The translations under genes and the position numbers were made by a program. Under the pieces are notes generated by a model. It did not search any database and was not told where the DNA came from. It saw only the letters and a list, made by a program, of their open reading frames with translations. Below are positions 48,205 through 62,424 of a DNA stretch of 64,000 nucleotides, in pieces. This DNA comes from Bugula neritina (Eukaryota; Animalia; Bryozoa), in NCBI GenBank assembly GCA_964035545.1, contig OZ037772.1, positions 4,059,538 through 4,123,537 of the forward strand, given 5' to 3'. Numbering within the stretch: position 1 is the first letter of the stretch; every line of letters starts with the position of its first letter.

Positions 48205-49384
48205 ACATTGCATCGAACCAGTCTGAGCTAATGTCAAGGTTAAACTCTGTTTCCTGTTGATGGACTTCCTTCTTGAATATCAGCTGTACCTTTATCTTGT
48301 ATAGATATTTTAATTATATTTTCCTTGTATGATTAGGAAAATAGTTTGGATACAAATGTCACAATTTACTCTTTATTGTTTATGTGCTTTTGAAAATCAT
48401 GTTTGGTAATTTTTTTATGTTGCTGTGATCAATTGTTTAATAATAATAGATAATGATTATTCAATAATGACTTCTTCTGAAATTCCCTCAGGGCGTTGCA
48501 TGTTGTCTATTTTAAAGAGAAAGTAAAGCATTGCCTATAAACAAACAAATGGAGCAGCTGTGGTTTAGGGTAAACACAATGTCAATGATTTGAATCTCTG
48601 GTAAACAATAAGACATTTTCATAATGACCATAGAAAGCTCCATTAAATTGTTTATCACTAAACAATAGTTCTATATACTTCAAGTGGTTCATTTCATGAT
48701 CCTAGTTTAGCATCCAAAGAGAAATCTCATGATAAGTAGTCTATGAGAGTGCAAGGGAATAAAATAGATATGAAGAACACAATCAAAGTAGAAAAACAAA
48801 ACAATAACGATAATTAGTAGGGAATTAACAAACAGCCATTTTGATTTGAAAGAGGACTGAGAAAACTGCATAACTCTGTTTAGAGTTGTCTTCTTAATTT
48901 TGAGCTCATGGCATGTGTATGTGCTACCTAGCAGCAGTACTATAATATAAACAAGAAACAATCTCCGTTATATGCCCATCATTGACATCTTTGATGCATC
49001 TATTGATTCTATTATCAGGTATTAGCGGTTAAATTAGTTTTTTCAACTTTTTCTAAAATAGTTAGCTCAGCTAACAGACTGGTTTAAAAAATTACACTTT
49101 GAAATATTTTTTTTTTTGTAATTCTGTTCTAAGCATTGTCCTACAGTGGCAAATTCTCAGGCCTACTTTTAACAGTCAGCTGTTGGAGCAGCAAAGTAGT
49201 TTGGGTTGAATAGTGTATATTAATAACTTTCCTTTTAATGACTGACAGTCTAGTAGCAATACAAACAATACTTTTACAAAACTTTTCATCTTTACCAACA
49301 ACACAGCTAAATGCTGAAACAGTTTTGCAATTATTTGATTTATCTCGTTGCACATGACATGCTATTCATGCTAATGCCTAATAG

Positions 49385-49457
<73 letters not shown>

Positions 49458-52400
49458 CACTGTATATTATGTGGCTCCGTCAGGTCGACCACCATTAGCT
49501 TTATACAAATTCAAATCCAGAATATTGAGGTGTGTCTATTTATTCAGAAAGTCGTATGTAGTATTATCTATAAACTTTGCATGTACCACATTAAAATTTA
49601 TTTTATTTAAGAAAATTCAACATTTTTTATGCAAATTTTGCCAGCAAATGACTAAAAATTATTTGATTTTTTTAAAAAATTTATCAGGAAAAGTAACTCT
49701 TAAATAAAGTGACTGGCCCGTGCTATGTCCTATTAATTTTAATATTGAACAGATGATGTAATTATGTAATATTTAGCATGTAAACTATCATCCCTTGTTT
49801 GTAAACAGGCACAATGTGGTCTTCAGTCTCTACTGATGTTTTATTGGTAAAACTGTCGTGAAAACTACAATTAATGAAATTGTAAATATGCCATAATGAA
49901 TGATAATATTTGATAAAACTGTCAGATCAGAAAATGCATGGTGTTTTGTGTTATACAGAATAGATACTGCACAATAATGTAATACATTTACAGAGAATAA
50001 TATGCTGGTAGTGATTATGATATATAGTCAACAATTTGAGTAGGCTATGAGTGGTAAATAATTTACCGAGTAAATGTAATCTGATATAGTGGTGGTAAAC
50101 TATAATATAGTTCCCATAAAGTCAGTTCTTGGAAAATATGCTATTCTTGAAACAGTAAATAATTATAGATGTATGGGGTTTTTTTCCCTCTTTATATGCT
50201 TAACTCTTACTTCTGTATTTCACAAGTTATACCTTTAAGATATTCCAACTTGCTGAATTATGGTTGCCGTTGGTGCTAAGGCTTGCCTGCTTCCTTGAAA
50301 CTTTCAGTGAGATGACTGCTGTGACAGGTTGACGTAACTATAAATTATTGTGTCTGTTCCGTCACGGTAGTTAGACTACACTGTATATCTACAAAATTAA
50401 AAAAAGAATGTGAAATACATATTCTGAAAGCAATGGACTTGAAACTTGAGTACAGCTGAAATTGAAATATGCAAATGAGCTAAGCGTCATGATACTACAT
50501 GGGAATTGCTTTAAACATTAATATACTAAACGTATGATTTACAGTGCTTTGAATAATGCAAATATAATATGTTTAGTAATATGGTATTATACAAGTTATT
50601 GTGGTATAGCGATGGTTTTACATACATGTTTTGTTCACGTGTTGGGATTTGTAATTTTAACCTCATCTTACATGAACATTAATTGGTAAACAAACATGAA
50701 TAAAACTAGGAGTATATGATTATTCAATCATATTAACATATAGATGACATTTACGTTCATTATATACTTGATGAATTATACAGATTTGATATAACCTGGT
50801 GTTTACTTCACTTATAAAACCTCATATCTACAAAGTTAACACGTGAACAACTAATACATATTATTATATTTTCTTGCTATAAAACATATTTTTCAGGCTA
50901 TGAGTTATGGTAGAATTAATGCTGGTATAACTTATTAGTCTTAGAGATCCTGATATGGTCAATACCGGGATGGTGTCACCAACAATTCCTCATGTAGCAG
51001 TTAGCACATTGCTTGACTTGCACCTGCGGACCAACCAGCAACTTACTTGGTTAGACTCATCGCCCATACCTCAGAAATCCAAAACAACCCGAATATAAAA
51101 GGCAGCAAAGAAGCAGCAACAGCATTATCGACGATAAGAAGAGCAATCAACAATCAGAAGAGCCGTTAATAATCGAAAGAGTCATAGTATATTTAGTTAT
51201 GTGTGAAATAATTTAGAAACTCAAATATCTAATTGAATTCAATCCAATCAATTTCGGACTAAGAAGTTTCATTGTAAATAACTTGATTTATTTTTCTTGT
51301 GATGTACTAATTTTTATTATTGTTTGTTTTATTACTGTATAACTTGTACTTGGAGAAGATATCATTGAATTGAAAATTTACTTTGAAGTCGTATAAATTA
51401 CATTTGAAGGAATATTGTTGACATTGGAATTTATTGAGATACGTAGGTTGTTTAAGGAAAATGTCTTGAAATTGTTTGACCTTTTAAGTTACACCAAATT
51501 TATGTTTAACGGGCTTATCAATTTTTGTTGCCAGTATATTATACGCTGCGGGATTTCAAAGGGTCGCTAGGATATACATATATGTGTTGATTTTATTTCT
51601 TTTGGGTTTGGTTATTATAATAGTTTTTCTTGTCTTATAATTTTGTTTCCATATCATTATCAAATAGATATTTTAAAACGCATGCAAAATCCATAGTTTT
51701 ATTCATTTCTGGAGAGGCAGGTCCTAAATTTGTCTTACGAAATATATAACCTGAGTGCATATCATTACACAACACACATAGAACCACACATATTTTTTAT
51801 ACATAAATAATATTGCCAAACCAAACCATTAATAAACATTTGTCGAGCAGAGATAACTCCTATATTTTTATTCTACAGTTATTGGATTGCAGACACTAAT
51901 TTCAAAGCAAAATCATTCATTAGGCAAAAATTTATTTTCATTCAAGTGATAAATAAATATATATACACATATTTCAATAGGCTTATAAACTATAACCATT
52001 AAAAATTATTAAAATTATATATATAAAATTAGTTTATTTTATTTTTGTTCGACAAAACTTTCATCAGTGATAATTTGACACTAACTAATAAGCTTCAAGT
52101 AAAGAGCAAGTATTGCTATAAAAATCAGTATACACCATCTAAATTATTAAAATTGATATTAAAAAGAATAATACAAATGCCATAAATAGTTGTCAAAATA
52201 CTACAATAACAATAATTACCTTGGAAAACCATCCAGGAATGGAGCTTATAACTTTGATGTTAATGTAGTAGGTATTTATTCTCTACTACGATAATATTGA
52301 TTTTAATGCAACAAAAAATTTAACAAAGAAGTTACTCAGCAGTTTATGCTACATGTTAGCTGACTGAAAGTGTAGCATAGAATGAGAGCTGAGAGTAAAA

Positions 52401-53424
52401 TATACCTCAATGAATGAATCATTTCCGGAAGCTGATGGTGTAAAAAACTATTTATATAACTTAGTCATAGTGATATCATACACATGAGGAAATCATGTTG
52501 ACTTTCGAGTGCAAGTTTGTCATAGCCATAAAAGCAAAACAGCTACATATACGTGACTAATGCAATGGTTTTCTAATTATAGGCACGTTGGGAAATTTTG
52601 TTTGTTTTGATGAGAGCAAGAAATTTCACTGGCATTCCGATTAATTACATAGCATATTATAGGACTAGGCAGATGTATATGCTGTAGAATGATTTTTGGA
52701 CCTTTCAATCAGCATATGAAAAACTGTAGTCAAAAAACAAGTGATCATAAAAATTTATTTTATATGAATAAAAAGTGACTAAAATGCAAACAATTATTTT
52801 GAAATAATACTTGCATAGACTTGCGTGCTATACTAATTACAAGTATAAGCTAAATAACAAAAGAAAATTATATATATACTAACAGTTTTTGAAGTAGAAT
52901 TTGTGACAACGATTTATAAAACGAAATAGTATAAGTTCGACAATCTTGCAGCACCTTGAAACACAAAGTGTAAAGATGCATGCGTCAGTATACAGAGTTT
53001 GTTGATGTAAAGTTGTTATATCAAAGTTTTGCTATACATGGGCTGACAGTTAAGCAGCCACCTACAAATAATTATATATATGTGACCTAACACTACAAAA
53101 CCAGGCTATCTAGGTAAAATTACAGATTGATAATAACTATAAAATTATATATATATAAGTGTTAAAATATCATTGAAAAAACTTGGTAAAACTTCTGTTT
53201 GACAAATATGATTCAATTTTTGATGAATGCTTTCGAAAATATTTTTAGAAAGTTTAGATTATTAATTATTAATAACATGAACAGTAACGCTTTTAACCTT
53301 TTCAAAAAAATCGCAAGAGAGGCAATTGCTAATACACAAAAAGAAAACAAGAATAATGTTGCTGAAAAATAAGTTTATACAACAGTGTTTAAATTAGGCC
53401 ATAATAAAGTATAATAATATGAGA

Positions 53425-54120
53425 GGTAATAATGGCACAGTTAATAATATAATGCCACAAGAAATAATGGCACATGCAGGTGGTAATATGAGGACACAGG
53501 TGATAATGTCACAGGTAAGAAGGGCACACAGCAAAAAGTAGGAAAACATGGCACACTTATGTTCAATTTTTCCAAACACCCATTCTCACCCTTATACCCT
53601 AATACTGAAAATGTGCCATTCTTACCTATTTTTCCACTTGTGCCATAACTACCTGTATGTGCCATTTTAACCATAGACACCACCCACAATGCATCGATTA
53701 GAAAAGATTTCAAATAACCCTTCATTGCTGAATTATTATGAACCAACTCAATACAATCCTCCTGTAATTCTTCTGGAATCTTTTTAACAAAACGTTGCAA
53801 TTTTTCACATGTCAAGCTAAGAATCTAGCTCCTTCTTTTTGAGAGGTAGCTAAGAGAAATTTCGTTAAAACTCTATCAAGAGTTCATAGAGATGCTCAGA
53901 ACTTTTTTTGAAAACTTATCTGGAACAGGTGGTGTCTGGTAAAAATAGCACGGGTAAAATGGCACAGGTAGTAGTGGCACAAATGGAAAACTAGGTAAAA
54001 ATGGCACATTTTCAATATTGAAGTTGGATATTTAGGGTTTTGAGTTCAGAATGGGGGGGGGTTTTAGAGGTATGGCTTTTGGGAAAATTTTACCATCAGT
54101 GTGCGATTTTTACCTAAAAT
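53425..54120. mobile_element. Two related short non-autonomous elements in inverted orientation (about 53425-53683 and 53928-54120) with atggcaca/tgtgccat repeats
   Basis: ...gtgccattttaaccatagacaccacc is mirrored by ggtggtgtctggtaaaaatagcac...; internal inverted arrays of aatggcaca. Class uncertain (MITE or Helentron-like). Confidence 0.5.
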
Positions 54121-54525
54121 TGGAACAGGTTCTTCTCCTATAACAGTTCATTGAGTGTGGAGAAAGACACCACAATTTTGAAAAATACACAACCACTTTA
54201 GTGTAACTTTAGAAACACTGACGCTGCTATGAAAAGCAATGATATATGATGATTGCACTCCTGCATGTTTAGGTTCAGATTATTTAGAGTAGCAAATATA
54301 TTTACAAGGTATATGTAGTATGCAGTTTATAGAGATTGACTATTGCATGGCTGCTAAAAGGTGGCCTGTTATGTTTAGCAAACTTTTTGACTTCTATTTG
54401 GAAGTAGCACAGAAAGCAGTATAAGGGTAAAGTAATTAATAAACGCATTCATGTCAAAGTAAACTGAGATTGCAAAATATAGTTTGGTTAAATAAGGGAG
54501 CTAAGATGAAGGTTTATATAGATAT

Positions 54526-54830
54526 TGTTATGATTTTCAGAATTAGGGTCGATGTGCAACCAAGAGAGTCTACTTATTGCTAGAGAACTTCACCAGGCTA
54601 AGTCGAGTTAATACAGTTATATTTTAAGTACAAGGATACATAATAAAAATGATACAGAAACAGTTAGTAATTTACACATCTATTTAATCTACTGCACTAT
54701 CCTCAACTGACTAGTAGCGCGAAGCTAATTACTGCTACTAACTAACAGCCTCGCTAATTGGCTGTACATTGTTCCGGGTCAATACGCGACCCCGCGTATT
54801 GTGCTGCAGGTAGCTCCACGAGCCACCACA
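54526..54830 (-). mobile_element. Solo LTR of a family related to element B
   Basis: Reverse complement starts TGTGGTGGCTCGTGGAGCTACC and ends CATAACA; 305 bp; TSD ATAT (54522-25 / 54831-34). Confidence 0.93.
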
Positions 54831-57104
54831 ATATAATTATTATACACCTATATAACATGTAACTTGCAAGAGCCCAAAAAGCCTTCATCAAACTTTGTGA
54901 ATTTTTCAAATTTCAAATTCTTCCCCTAAAATGTCCAAATTTTCCCCTAGGAGGAATTTCCTCCAGGTTGGGAACCACTGAACTAAAAGAAATCATGTTA
55001 ACATGAATATTACCAACTGCATGCATCACTAGTTACAAGACTGTTGGGTTACAATATTTGTAAGCTGAAGAGCTATTAATAGAGATGATGGTAATACAGT
55101 ATAACTCAGTCAGCTTATTATCATGAGTTAGTCACTGCTAATATGCTATGCTATGGCTAACAGTCACATAGCTACTAACAAATAATTCTACTATTTATTA
55201 TGACTATTATGACATCTATGCTGAAGAAGTAAAATGCGCCTTTAAACAACACATCATATTTTGTGTAAAAAAGTGTTTAAATACAGTACTCAATTTTCAG
55301 TGTTCGAAATTTATTTTTTTGTTTCAAACGTTTATAAAATACAAATCAAAAGATTTTTCAACAATTATTAGTAAATTATGCTAAAGAACTAATGTTGACT
55401 TGTTGAGTAAGTTAGCAAGAGAAGTAACTCCCGATTAACATGATTAAACAGTCACAATAACATTTCTCAAAGATTATAGCCTAAAGTTGTGTAGCTTCAA
55501 GATAAAATTTCTAATTCAAATATTTTCTTTAAATAAACGCATGCTGTTTCAAAGTCAATAAATCAAATCAACAATTTTTCTTCAAATAATTTATGCGGCT
55601 TAAAAATTAAATGATTAATTCAAACAAAATTTCCTCAAACAAGTTTTTGCTGCTTTTAAAGAAAACTAATACACTTGTTAGTCTAAATAACAAAAGAGGT
55701 TAAGAATATCCTTAACATAAAATTGTAACATTACTTACTGCAGCCAGTCTATATTATCGATATTTGTATCAATTAGTCAGTTTTCTAGACGTCCCCCCTA
55801 ATATAATTATTACTGCTGCTATATCTTCTATGCTCCAATCGTCTTTAGCTGCCTTTATCTTCTTTTATATCTTCATTCTTCATTTATCATTCATCCTTTT
55901 TCTATTTTCAGAAATTCGGCTCCTTTTGTACCAAATCTTTGTACAAATCATTAATTGTACAGCAATCCTTAATCTAAAAAATAACTTTAAAACTATAATA
56001 TGATAAAATGTATCACCCGATGCTCACGTGTTGACCTTAATTGTAACAGGCTGATCAATGTCAAAAAATGTATTAGGTGTTTGAAACATTATATCATCTA
56101 TATGTTGGTGTAAACAAATATTTACACATATCACAGGATAGTTAAGGGCAACCTTTTAGCTGCAACTGCCTTGCTGAGGTTTGCATTGTAATCATATAAG
56201 AATTCAGTACCAGTAAAATAAAATCTCACCTAATTGAGCTAGAGTCAAAATTTAAAAACTATGTTGTAGATCTTCTTTTTCTCCAGTGTAAGTTTTTTGG
56301 AAATTTCAATTTTCATTTTTTTTGCGAAGTTATAGACAAAAAACTGCCGAATTTTGGCCAATTTTGCCTGAAAAGCTGACTTTTCAGTACCAGTAAAATA
56401 TCTCAGCAGCAAAGCATGATATCTGAATAAAAATTGCACTGCTGGAATCCTGAGATATTTCTCCAGTGTAAGTTTTTTTCTTTTTTCAATAACTCTGCTA
56501 GATTGCTCATAAATTGGTGATTTATACACTGAAAATGCCATATTTTCTCATAAGAAACTAGCAGCGCGCAGCACTTCACGCTTCACTGAGCACGTAGGGA
56601 TGAGAAGATATTGGCGCCTACATAATAATTACAGGCTAGCTAGCTGGCAGGCTATAATGAATAGCTTGCTTTGTACTTTGTTTATGTAGCACCAATAATG
56701 GAATGTTGATAGATAACGCAGCCCTAACGAAGGTTGCTGCTTATTGGTTGTAGTTTAATCTTAGGCTAAACAATTACAAGTAGGCAACACGCATGCCACC
56801 CGCAGAGCAATATTATTCAAGAACCCGAACTACATTTTGAGAGAAATTTATGATATTCTTAGTGAGGATGCCCTTAACTATCCTGTGATGTGTATCTCTA
56901 TTTATGAACAGCATCTGCTATATGTTTCAGCTTTTTTATTCATTCCCATTTGTTCATCAATTACGGTTTTACTTTACGTCAATATTACAAATTTCAACAC
57001 GTGATCATGGCATGTGGTGCTATCCTAACACACAATTATTTATCTAAAAGCCACACTACTAAATAATACTATTTGCATTATCTAAAGAAGCTATAAACCA
57101 TGTG

Positions 57105-57196
<92 letters not shown>

Positions 57197-58570
57197 ATGC
57201 ATTAAGCAATTTCTATGCAAGACCAAAATATCTAACTTACTCAAAACTTGTACATTTGAACTTTTAATTTCACTCAATTATTGGGCCTCATGCATCATAA
57301 AACTTTTGAATGTGTTTTATATTCTTTCTTGAATGTTGTAGATAAACTGTAGTCTACATACCGTGATGGAGCAGATATAAGAATTTATAATTGCGTCAAC
57401 CCGTTGCAGCAGCCATTTTACTGGAAATCTCAAACAAACCTTAGCATCGCCAAAGCCATATTTTAGCGAGCTGACAGAATATCTCAGAGACATAACTTGT
57501 AAAGTACAGAAGTAAGAATTAAACACAAAGGACAGTATATGTATAATCATGCCTTCCATCAAGGATATAGCTTTTTTAAAGGATTTTCTGAGAATAATGA
57601 TACAAATATTAACACTTCAAGCTTAACAACTTATGACATAACGGTTACATTGAATATTATTTTCTAGATATCATATTCGTCTGTGTTTTAGTACTGCCAA
57701 GGTTATCACTCAGCACTAAATGGACAAAATTGCTTCTTTTAATTAAGAGACTATGCCGGAGAAAGGCCATTATATATGAATTGGATAAAGAAACTAGTAA
57801 ATTATTCAGTGTTATAATTAAACTTTGAACGAGCTTTGCTCTGATTGGTTTTTTCTGACTTATCGTAGTATATATCTATATCCAGCCAGGGTTTTGTGCC
57901 TACATGGTAATGTACACGTTCTATGATAAGAGTAATTGAATGCAAATATAAATGAACATAATTTTTCTGATTTTAGTCTAGTTATGTTATAAGCATTAGA
58001 TAACTTGTTTTTGAGACAGCGGGGTGAGAGCTTTGTAAAAAATTTAGCCTAATTAGAATTTCTGTAATAGATAAACCTTACTAGCTCCTTAACAATTCAA
58101 TTAAAGTTGAATGAAAATATACCTCAAATTACCAGTTCAAAGTAAAAGACTTTGAAGGCTAATAACTTACTACGAAGATTTTAACCAAATAACAAGAGAC
58201 TAAATCCAAAATCAATTTATAATTATTCTTAGCATATGACAAGTATGAATGTTACAGCTGCTCTTGTACAATGTACTTGTACAGCTCTTACTCATCCTAG
58301 TATGTTTAACTGGCATAGCATCCTTGTCTTTCTAGGAACTCGGTACATCATTGGAGTGCAGAGGTCATCTCCAACAAAAGACTTTGAATTAGAGTGGATA
58401 AATAAAAGTAAGCCCTTGTAATGTTTTTCAACTCTAATTAAAGTTCCCAAAATGTTATTGTTGGTAAGTTTCAGGCTCAAGAATAATCTTGTATTTTCTT
58501 ATTAAAGAACAAAAAGAGAAAAAAAAGACAAATAAGGGTCCTGAGTCGCAAAAACCAAAAGATAGCTATT

Positions 58571-58737
58571 CCAGAAGTGTGGACATGTTCAAAAGTTTCA
58601 AATTTGGGGAAGGAGAATCTAAAGAGGTTCACAAGGATGTCTTAGAAAAATTTGACAACTTTTGTAAAAAGACCTTCAAGAAAATAATCAAGAGACATCA
58701 ACTGCTATCAATAGATGAGTATGTCACCAACTTACAT
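58571..58737 (+). mobile_element. Mag-type Gypsy gag fragment
   Basis: VDMFKSFKFGEGESKEVHKDVLEKFDNFCKK...SIDEYVTNLH; paralogous to 59760-59950 and 63435-63625. Confidence 0.75.
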
Positions 58738-58816
58738 TGTTTATGAGCTTGATAGAGATAAAACTTCACTCAATACCAGAGACGTATTTTTAAATATTGT
58801 TTTTTTGTGTTTGCAG

Positions 58817-59055
58817 GTGAAAGACCATTTCCATGTGATGTCTGTGGCAAGGCTTTCAAGCGCAGACACCATCTTGCAGAGCACAGGCAACTACACACCA
58901 GAGAAAAACTCTTTCAGTGGTCTGGTAAGAAGTTTACTCACTCCGGTTCCTATATTCAACATCGGAATTACACAAACAAATGTGACAAAGTTAAAAGTGT
59001 AACATTTGATGCCAATAGAAGTCTGCCTATAGTAGTAGATGCTACTTTATCATAG
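58817..59055 (+). pseudogene. Orphan last exon of a ZEB/Zfh1-like C2H2 zinc-finger gene, degenerate
   Basis: After the ttgcag acceptor: ERPFPCDVCGKAFKRRHHLAEHRQLHTREKLFQW-SGKKFTHSGSYIQH. This matches the ZEB KHHLIEH...FSHSGSYSQH fingers; the second finger has lost CxxC. Confidence 0.78.
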
Positions 59056-59616
59056 ATTGTTGGCTCACAAGAGTTTCTCATCTTAAGCATTAAAGTAGGC
59101 ATTATTTGTGTGAATTTTATCCAAGTTATCATGTAGTTTTCTTATCATACGATACAACTCATCAGGATCTGGTAGTAGAGAAACATAAAAAATATATTTT
59201 AATTTAGGAGGAAAAACTGAGAATAAGTAACCAAAACCGAAGATGAGGTCTAGCCGTATATTAAGAAAATTCTCACAACAAAGTAATTAGCAAAGAAGGG
59301 TCAGAGGTCAAGCATACACCAAATCTAGCAAAGTTATTATCTTCAACAGCCTCTCAATGAAACCATGCCATGCCTAGTTCACCTCATAGCAACACACCAC
59401 TGACAGGGTGGGGTGGGGGAGCATGACTAGCAGAGACTTAGCAATTATAAACTAGGTCAGGGGGCACTTTACAAAAACACAGAACCAGAAAGCAAGTCAG
59501 GAAACTGACAGTGCCTTCCTCCTATCAAAAAGGGAGACAACCAACTACTAACCAAAAAAATACTTAAACGGACACTTGATCTAAATTTTTCAAAATAAAA
59601 AATAGTTGTTGTAAAC

Positions 59617-60020
59617 ATGGCAACTGCACAAGATGGTGCAGAGTTGTCCACCCAATGGTCCTGCTTCAAGGAAGAGTTCAACTATTCTTTAATAGCCTCA
59701 GAAAAATCTGATGAAGAGGATAAAATAAAAATGGCCATTCTAATGCAGACCATTAGACCGAGAGGTGTAGACATATTCAAAAGTTTCAAGTTTGGGAAAG
59801 GAGAATCTAAAGATGTTTACAAGGATGTTCTATATAGGAAAATTTGACAACTTTTGTAAAAAGATCTCCAACAAAATAATTAAAAGACATCAACTGCTAT
59901 CGACAAAACAGGAATGCTTATCAATAGATGAGTAGGTCACCAACTTACATAGGATCGCCAGAAAATGTGACCTTGGTGACATGTATGATGTCTATTTTAT
60001 GCAGGCCTTTTTTCTTGGCA
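59617..60020 (+). mobile_element. Mag-type Gypsy gag N-terminal fragment, frameshifted
   Basis: QWSCFKEEFNY.LIASEK...KIKMAILM...KFDNFC...SIDE*VTNLHRIARKCDLG. Confidence 0.75.
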
Positions 60021-60268
60021 ACAAGAAGTATAATACGTGCAAAATTTTTAAGTTGATGCAGATTAAAAGAACTTATTTATGGGTTAAATAACAAGCAATT
60101 GATTTAAGCTTTTTCAAATATAAGGTTATTTCAATGATAGTAAAATGAATTTTACGTAAAATATAATATATTGTACGAAAATAAACAAATAGCAGCTAAC
60201 TGGGAAGGAAGCATTTAACTGAGATGATAACATGTTATGTTACATCACCTTATTGTGTATGATTTTAG

Positions 60269-62103
60269 TATTAAGAACTTTTCTTGGACCACCTACTACC
60301 ACAACCAGTTTACCAACTAGTCAAGAAGCAAATAATGGAGATAATCGAGAAGGTGCTTAATAAAAAAATTGTATATTTGGCGATAACCTCTAAATTTGTG
60401 ATAGCTGTCATTATATTATCATACTTGCAAAAACATAATATTCAATTTTATCTATAAATAATAGTACAATAAAGTATGCTGCACATATATAGTATCATGA
60501 TTATATTAGCTAAGAATGTACCTGTGGTATTGTTTAGAGTTTACAGCTTTGACATCAAAGGGGCTTTACTGATTTACATTTGTTTGATCAATGAATCGGA
60601 GCACTTACTATCATGCAGTCCAAATTTCTGTTCTGCATGCATCTTCAAATGAGATTTAAATGTTCAATTAGAATTACTTATTTAATGTTTTGTTTATTTT
60701 TAGTTAGCAATGTTGAAAATATTGGAGAGGTATCATGCAGTTCAACAAGCCATGGAAGGTTTGTGTTGACACTTTGAAAATGTTTTATGGTTACAATTGG
60801 CATAACATACAATTACTTTAATGTGACACGATGATTGTATTGAATTATCAGTATGACAAGACACTTTTATCTATAATATTTTTCCTGTTTTAAAGTACAA
60901 GAAATAGATGGAAATAACAGCTCCAGCGCCGGACCAGCTTATCCTATTGAAGCACTCAAGAAAGACATATAGAAGGTGCTTAGTAATGTACCATAATCAA
61001 ATTTCTGTATTTATACAAGTTTTCAGCCAAAGAGTTGCAATCACATGTTCTCCTGTAGTTTTCAGAACAAAAGGATGCTTTTGTTGAGCAGAGTCTTGAG
61101 CTTGGTGACTTGACAAAATTGCTTTGGTCTTAGATAAGTCACAAAAGCATTTATTTGTAGTTAATCTGAATACTAATATAAGACAGTTATAAACTAGATC
61201 TTAGTTTTAGGTCATATATAGTATGAAATTTTACAGACATGAAGAAACAACTAAAGGAGGTGCTGGATGGGCAGAAAAAACTGATGGCTATAATCACTGA
61301 TAGCCATAGTGGCAAAGACAATATAACTGAGCAGCTGGAGGAGCCGCTAAAAACAATACAAGAGTTTGAATCTCTTGAAGAACTTCTCCAATCCTCAAGA
61401 GAAAAACGTTCTGCTCTGGTACATAGTATATACTAATATATAATATAGATTGTATAGCTAGTTTATAGACTTTTGGTGTATAACATGCAACATATAACAT
61501 CCTGGCGTAGTTGATATTAGAATACAATTTCTAGTGAACTGTAGATTTTCAAGCTATAAAATGTGTTTCTCTTATGGAATGTTTCTCATTAAAGTGTTAG
61601 AAAAAAATATTTGCCCCACTGCAATAACACATTGAATGTATTCATGTAAATTCATGCTATGAAATATAGGTGCATTATTGTTGTAGACAAAGTTTCTTTT
61701 CCAACTGGGGGAAAGAAACTGCGCAGATATGGTGAAAAGAGTTGCTAATATTAATTTGTTTTAAAAATGTTTGGCTATTTTATCTTTTAACTTAAACATG
61801 CAATACAGTCTGTATTTTGGGAGATAATATAATATTGAAATAAAATCTGTATCAAAACTTATCAAATCTCTGGGGCTGCATCAGCAGTTAAAATAGTTGT
61901 TGAGTTGTTGAGTTTAGAATAATTGCTCATCTACAAATTTACTGCGTTCACTAAGTTTTACTTTCTAATTATATTTTAGAAGCTCTGCTGAAAAGTAAAT
62001 AAATAAAGAAATAGATATAGAGATTGAACTATCGCTATTTTTGCGGCAGTGCCCTGATTAACTGGGAGGAGATAAGTATAAAAAGACAAGTTTGCAAGAT
62101 GAG
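60269..62103 (+). pseudogene. Spliced, disrupted DUF4806-like (DNA-transposon accessory-type) gene fragment
   Basis: GT-AG exons including 61237-61418 (EEPLKTIQEFESLEELL...KRSAL), 61687 onward (TKFLFQLGERNCADMVKRV) and 61980-62103 (LFLRQCPD*LGGDKYKK). Family assigned from recalled motif pattern. Confidence 0.5.
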
Positions 62104-62424
62104 GTAAAGCTATACGATTATTGCAGCTATAGGGAGACTTATACTGCTTGAACTGACTCGTATTAAAAAATGGCTATAAATACTAAACTAAAATTAATAG
62201 TTTTAGGTTGTACTGCACATTCAATTTGCTACTTTATTTATGCTTCATTTTGACCATGGCGCTGAAGCTGCAGCAGGGTATATACTATTTTTTGATCAAA
62301 TGTAAATAAGTAATCTTTCGAAATTTGTCTAGCTATAGCACCAGAATGTAATCAATAATGAATATTAACATTTCCCAGTGAAAAAATATCTTCAAAGTGT
62401 TTTTTTAGCCCTAAAATAAAAAAT

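Noticed and set aside
56200-56480. 180-bp-spaced direct motif pairs (ttcagtaccagtaaaata; ttctccagtgtaagttttt) and the 98-aa minus ORF
   Set aside because: Probably subterminal repeats of an old DNA element, but no termini could be defined and the ORF has no support.
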